A stretch of DNA of 42,456 nt, taken from assembly GCA_011170325.1 (NCBI GenBank), contig DUEX01000003.1:16661-59116 (forward strand), written 5' to 3'. The position numbers were made by a program, and so were the translations under genes. The notes beneath the pieces were generated by a model. That model searched no databases. It had not been told where the DNA came from and saw only the letters and a list, made by a program, of their open reading frames with translations. This DNA comes from Dehalococcoidia bacterium (GTDB taxonomy: Bacteria > Chloroflexota > Dehalococcoidia > GIF9 > UBA5629). Of this stretch, positions 38,058 to 42,456 are shown piece by piece; positions within the stretch are counted from its first letter, which is position 1, and every line of letters starts with the position of its first letter.

Positions 38058-39074
38058 TTATGCCCTGATTTTCCCCTCCTTTCTAGGCATATCGAGCATC
38101 AAAATCTCAAACACTAAGCGTAGATTAGCGTTTCTGGAAATCTGGCCTAACGATTTCTGTAAACTGTGGATGAAATACTTGACCTCCGGCAAAGTTAGTG
38201 TCTGTCCCCACTCCTCAAGAGCTAAGGCATAATCAACATTAGTAATAGCTTGTCTACAGCCGCATTTAGTTAACATCACATCACGCCACCAAGCAAGCCA
38301 AAGCTTTATCACCTCTTCAGCTGGTTTCCGGTCACTTCCAAACTGGGCAGCATAGACGAAGCGTTCCTCCCAGCCAGCGTTGGGCAAAGAGGACAATTCG
38401 GACAACCTTCGAGTCCGCTGCTGAAGATAACTATCATCAACTGAAGCCGCTATTGCCCAGCCAAGACAACCCTGAGACAGTCGAGCCAAAAGCCTAGCTT
38501 TATCACCATCAATCCCATGAGACTTAACAAGCACACTCTCTACTTCTCCACTAGGCATAGGCTTTAATTCCACCCGCTGGCAGCGAGAAATCACTGTGGG
38601 TAAAAGCCATGTCTCCTCAGCAGTCAGGAGAAGCACAATCGCTCTAGGTGGTGGCTCTTCTAGGGTCTTGAGCAAGCAGTTAGCCGCTTCGCTGGATAAG
38701 TATTCGGCGCCATCGATAATAAATACTTTATACTTGCCCTCGTAAGGGGGCAAACTGGCACTTCTCTGAAGCCCCCTGATGTCCTCAATGCTGATTTCAA
38801 CCTGTGGTTTCACCTCCTTCAAACCTTTGGCTGAGTTTAGACCTATAACTATAACATCAGCATGCTTGCCATCGAGGATTCTACGACAAGCCTGACATTC
38901 ACCACAGGGTGGCTCAGCCCCTTGACAATTTAGCACTTGAGCCAAGTCGGTAGCCAGGGTGGTCTTACCCACATGGGGTGGTCCTACAAGGAGGTAAGCA
39001 TGAGCCAAATTGCCTACTTTGAGGCTATGTTCAAGCAAAGCTAAAACTTTAGATTGACCAATCGTTTGCCACAT
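38058..39074 (-). CDS. holB: DNA polymerase III subunit delta'
   Basis: HAYLLVGP..VGK, C..PCG.C..C, AAN.LLKTLEEPP, TVISRC. Confidence 0.93.
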   Translation of the reverse strand: MWQTIGQSKVLALLEHSLKVGNLAHAYLLVGPPHVGKTTLATDLAQVLNCQGAEPPCGECQACRRILDGKHADVIVIGLNSAKGLKEVKPQVEISIEDIRGLQRSASLPPYEGKYKVFIIDGAEYLSSEAANCLLKTLEEPPPRAIVLLLTAEETWLLPTVISRCQRVELKPMPSGEVESVLVKSHGIDGDKARLLARLSQGCLGWAIAASVDDSYLQQRTRRLSELSSLPNAGWEERFVYAAQFGSDRKPAEEVIKLWLAWWRDVMLTKCGCRQAITNVDYALALEEWGQTLTLPEVKYFIHSLQKSLGQISRNANLRLVFEILMLDMPRKEGKIRA

Positions 39075-39081
39075 ATCACCT

Positions 39082-40407
39082 CTAAATTACATCTAAGCTC
39101 ATCAAATCCTGATAGCTCTCTCGCCTTCGGATGGGGTGAGCTTTGCCATCTCTAACCATCACAATAGCTGGTTTGGGGACCATGTTGTAATTATTTGCCA
39201 TAGGGATAGAATAAGCGCCGCTGACTGGTATAGCAATAATATCTCCAGGTAAAACCGGTGACAGAGCCACATCTCTGACTAAAATATCACCTGACTCACA
39301 ATATCTACCAGCGATGGTGACTTTTGTTGACTCCTTCTCGCTAACCTTGTTAGCTACCAAAGCCTCATATCTTGCTTCATAAAAAGCCGGTCTGACATTA
39401 TCGCCTATACCACCATCAACACAAACATAGTTCCTTATTCTAGGTATCTCCTTTATAGTACCAGCGGTGTATAAAGCTACTCCTGCCTGACCTACAATTG
39501 CTCTCCCCGGCTCGACGATAAGCTGAGGATAGGCTAACCTCAGCTCATCAGCTGTGCTTATCAGCTTGGAGACTATGGCTTCAGCATAATTAGCTATACT
39601 TGGCGTTGAAGAATCTAGCGTATATTTGACAGCAAAGCCGCCACCAGGGCTAAGTTCCTCAAGATGAAAGTCACGCTTGCCTTTCATTTCCTTGGCAAAA
39701 CGGAGGGCGAGGTCTATAGCTAGCTGATAAGGAGACACCTCAGGAATCGGGGAGCCAAGGTGAAAGTGAAACCCCAAAAGGTTAAGGTTAGAAGCTGACA
39801 TAGCTTGAGCTACCGCTATATCAGCCTGCCCGGTAGTTAACGGGAAACCAAATTTGCTATCCAGTATCCCAGTGGTAGTATGGCGGTGAGTATGGGGGTC
39901 AACCCCCGGAGTAAGACGAAGCAAAATATTCTGGACGATTTCCATCTCTTCAGCCAGCCTGTTAACCAAGTCAAGCTCATAAAAGTTGTCAACCACAATC
40001 CGGCTGACCCTCCAGTTTAAAGCCAGCTTTAGCTCATCCGTTGTCTTATTATTGCCGTGAAAGTAAACCTTATTTGGAGGAAAACCCACTGATTGAGCCA
40101 CGCTCAACTCTCCACCAGAGACAACATCTAGCCCCAGCCCTTCTTCTTTGAAGATAAGGGCTAAAGCTCGATTCAGGAAAGCCTTTGATGCGTAGATAAT
40201 CAATGTCTCCGGATAGCGCTTGGTGAACTCAGCCTGGAACTCTCGGCATTTAGAGCGAAGAGTAAACTCGTCAAAAACATAAAGGGGTGTGCCATATTCC
40301 CTAACCAGCTCAACGCTATCGTAGCCACCGATGTAAAGGTGGCCGCGGTTATCTACTTCTGTTGTCAACGGAAACAGGGAAAGCTTGGGCAAACTATTCT
40401 GGCTCAT
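39082..40407 (-). CDS. lysA: Diaminopimelate decarboxylase
   Basis: YASKA, HGNNK, SKFG, HLGS, EPGR, CESGD, GAY. Confidence 0.96.
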   Translation of the reverse strand: MSQNSLPKLSLFPLTTEVDNRGHLYIGGYDSVELVREYGTPLYVFDEFTLRSKCREFQAEFTKRYPETLIIYASKAFLNRALALIFKEEGLGLDVVSGGELSVAQSVGFPPNKVYFHGNNKTTDELKLALNWRVSRIVVDNFYELDLVNRLAEEMEIVQNILLRLTPGVDPHTHRHTTTGILDSKFGFPLTTGQADIAVAQAMSASNLNLLGFHFHLGSPIPEVSPYQLAIDLALRFAKEMKGKRDFHLEELSPGGGFAVKYTLDSSTPSIANYAEAIVSKLISTADELRLAYPQLIVEPGRAIVGQAGVALYTAGTIKEIPRIRNYVCVDGGIGDNVRPAFYEARYEALVANKVSEKESTKVTIAGRYCESGDILVRDVALSPVLPGDIIAIPVSGAYSIPMANNYNMVPKPAIVMVRDGKAHPIRRRESYQDLMSLDVI

Positions 40408-40443
40408 TTAGACAAATACCACTGATATCGGCAGACTGCAGTC

Positions 40444-40473
40444 ATTATACTACCCTCACATCCAATCTGTCAC
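40444..40473 (-). promoter_or_regulatory. Putative lysA promoter
   Basis: Minus strand GTGACA-18 nt-TATAAT. Confidence 0.55.
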
Positions 40474-40658
40474 CCCAGTGGTAGGAGCTGTTTGAGGCAT
40501 TCACAAAACGAGGGGATAGCATAGGTAGCAAGACTTCTTCTTGATTGGGGTGGGGCTATCAAGGCAACTATCTTAGAGGCTTGTGGAAAGCTGCTAGCGC
40601 TTTTATCCAGAAGCAGATGGCACCTAATGAATGCCTCTCTTTCATTGCCATAATCACA

Positions 40659-40688
40659 TTGACGCCAGACCTCAACGGCGAGTAAAAT
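40659..40688 (+). promoter_or_regulatory. Putative promoter of the M16 peptidase gene
   Basis: TTGACG-18 nt-TAAAAT, ending 9 nt before the GTG. Confidence 0.55.
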
Positions 40689-40697
40689 TCTGATATC

Positions 40698-41960
40698 GTG
40701 TACCATAAAGTGACCCTCGGTAACGGATTGCGTCTTATTACCAGCAGCATGCCTCATATTCCTTCAGTCTCTGTGGTTTTCTTCATAGGTGTCGGAGCGT
40801 GCTATGAGATTGAGGCTGAAGTTGGCATTTCCCATTTTATCGAGCATCTCTGCTTTAAGGGCACCCAAAGGTACCGGACTTCTAGGGAAATCAGTGAAGC
40901 TATTGAAGGCGTTGGTGGCATAATCAATGGTAGTACTGATAAGGAAATAAGCAGCTTCTGGTGTAAGGTAGCTAGCCAGCATTCTCTTTTAGCTGTGGAT
41001 GTGCTTGTTGACCTGTTACGTAATTCTCGCTTCGATGCCAAAGATATCGACCGAGAACGCCAGATAATCATTGAGGAAATAAATATGAACCTTGATTTCC
41101 CACAGCAGCGAGTGGGCATGCTAATCGATGAGCTTCTATGGCCAGGGCAGCCATTGGGGCGTGACGTAGCTGGGAATAAAGAAACGGTAGCTGCTTTAAC
41201 TCGCCAACAAATGCTCAACTTCTTTTCCCACCATTATTTACCAAACAATACTGTGGTTAGCATTGCTGGTGATATTGAACAGGAACAAGTGCAAGACATC
41301 ATCAACCAAGCTCTCGGTGACTGGATCCCTAACAAGGTATCGGCCCGTTTTTCAAACGGCGGTAAACAAGAAGCACCTAGGTTACATATCGAGTTTCGAG
41401 ATACTGAACAAGCTCACCTTTGTCTTGGTGTTCCTGGGCTATCTCTTCTTCATCCTGACCGTTTTACTATTGACCTACTTAGCGTAGTATTGGGCGAGGG
41501 GATGAGCAGTCGTCTATTCACTGAGGTCAGAGAACGACAGGGGCTTGCCTATGATATTCACAGCTATGTTGATCATTTTACGGATTCAGGAGCAGCCATT
41601 ATTTATGCTGGAGTTGACCCTGAGCGAGTTGACAGTGCACTAAAGGCTATCCTTAGCCAGCTTTATCAGCTCAAGGAAGGCATCTCTGAAATCGAACTCA
41701 ATAAGGCCAAAGAATTAGCCAAAGGGCGGCTGCTATTGAGCCTAGAAAATAGTCGAAATGTTGCCGTTTGGTTAGGGGCTCAGGAGATGCTTACTAACCG
41801 CATCCTCACTGTAGATGAAATCATATCCTTGGTCGAAGCTGTTACCACTGATGACTTAAGGCGAGTCGCTCAGCAACTTCTGACTAGTGAAAAGCTGAAT
41901 TTGGCTATCGTCGGACCTGTTAAGGAAGAGGAAGCGTTAGCAGACCTGCTCAAGCTCTAA
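40698..41960 (+). CDS. M16 (pitrilysin) family zinc peptidase
   Basis: HFIEH inverted zincin motif, FKGT, SSRLF.EVRE..GLAY. Confidence 0.95.
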   Translation: MYHKVTLGNGLRLITSSMPHIPSVSVVFFIGVGACYEIEAEVGISHFIEHLCFKGTQRYRTSREISEAIEGVGGIINGSTDKEISSFWCKVASQHSLLAVDVLVDLLRNSRFDAKDIDRERQIIIEEINMNLDFPQQRVGMLIDELLWPGQPLGRDVAGNKETVAALTRQQMLNFFSHHYLPNNTVVSIAGDIEQEQVQDIINQALGDWIPNKVSARFSNGGKQEAPRLHIEFRDTEQAHLCLGVPGLSLLHPDRFTIDLLSVVLGEGMSSRLFTEVRERQGLAYDIHSYVDHFTDSGAAIIYAGVDPERVDSALKAILSQLYQLKEGISEIELNKAKELAKGRLLLSLENSRNVAVWLGAQEMLTNRILTVDEIISLVEAVTTDDLRRVAQQLLTSEKLNLAIVGPVKEEEALADLLKL

Positions 41961-41974
41961 AGCCCTGCCAGTAA

Positions 41975-42008
41975 AGGATAGAGCTACCCATTTGGTCGGC
42001 TCTATCCT
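41975..42008. terminator. Hairpin between convergent M16 and groEL genes; likely bidirectional terminator
   Basis: AGGATAGAGC...GCTCTATCCT 10-bp stem, with outer AAAGCC/GGCTTT arms. Confidence 0.65.
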
Positions 42009-42027
42009 ACAAGGCTTTTGTGTCCCT

Positions 42028-42456
42028 CTAATACTCCGGCATAGGTGGCATTGGTGCCTTCTCTTTCTCTGGAATGTCGGTCACCAGAGATTCGGTGGTC
42101 AGAATCATATTGGCAATGCTGGAAGCATTCTCCAAGCCGGTCCTAGTAACCTTAAGCGGGTCGATAATGCCCTTGGCCACCATATCGCCGAAATCACCTT
42201 TCACCGCATCATAGCCAGTACCTTTCTTGCTGCGCTTAACTTTATCCACAACCACCGAGCCCTCCTGCCCAGCGTTTATAACAATCCAGCGAAGTGGCTC
42301 CTCTAAAGCCCGCTTAAGGATAGCAACGCCGGTAGCTTCATCACCTTCCACCTTAACCTTATCTAGAACCGGGCTGGTATTAAGTAAGGCAACACCACCA
42401 CCAGGCAGAATCCCTTCCTCAACTGCAGACCTGGTCGCCGATAGGGCATCCTCAAC
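42028..42456 (-). CDS. groL: Chaperonin GroEL, C-terminal part (runs off the window end)
   Basis: [21 protein letters not shown]...GIIDP.KVTR..L.NA.S.A.M.LTTE. Confidence 0.97.
   Translation of the reverse strand, partial: VEDALSATRSAVEEGILPGGGVALLNTSPVLDKVKVEGDEATGVAILKRALEEPLRWIVINAGQEGSVVVDKVKRSKKGTGYDAVKGDFGDMVAKGIIDPLKVTRTGLENASSIANMILTTESLVTDIPEKEKAPMPPMPEY

Noticed and set aside
40408-40697. Lysine riboswitch upstream of lysA
   Set aside because: A plausible promoter sits only ~35 nt from the start, leaving no room, and no L-box pattern was recognised
42028-42070. GroEL tail lacking GGM repeats (APMPPMPEY)
   Set aside because: GroEL tails vary widely between lineages; not informative alone

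Overview
A 42.5 kb bacterial chromosome segment of mostly core genes. Gene content and style suggest an anaerobic Chloroflexota (Dehalococcoidia-like) organism; this is an inference from the long AtpB, the DnaD plus tandem DnaC-like ATPase and the nusB-acp-mfd synteny. In order: the 5' part of an F0F1 ATP synthase operon with an unannotated 43-aa membrane ORF between atpE and atpF; dtd; a Fur-family regulator with a nikMNQO-type ECF transporter and a small His-containing protein; nadC; a cupin; an atypical PlsY flanked by two diverged ~140-bp repeats; mfd; a ~13 kb fatty-acid synthesis cluster; a divergent operon with an M20 amidohydrolase and a three-gene ATP-dependent Fe-S reductase; rplI-dnaB-dnaD-like-tandem dnaC-like, HNH, ricT, holB, lysA, an M16 peptidase and the groEL 3' end. 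The fatty-acid cluster has three ACPs (one lacking the canonical Ser), two FabF, FabK plus FabL and a MaoC dehydratase pair, with no fabH or fabZ in the window. The reductase trio reproduces the domains of plasmalogen/ether-lipid enzymes PlsA/PlsR/Ger in split form. The best candidate for an undescribed system is this lipid supercluster. No rRNA, tRNA, CRISPR array or transposase was seen.
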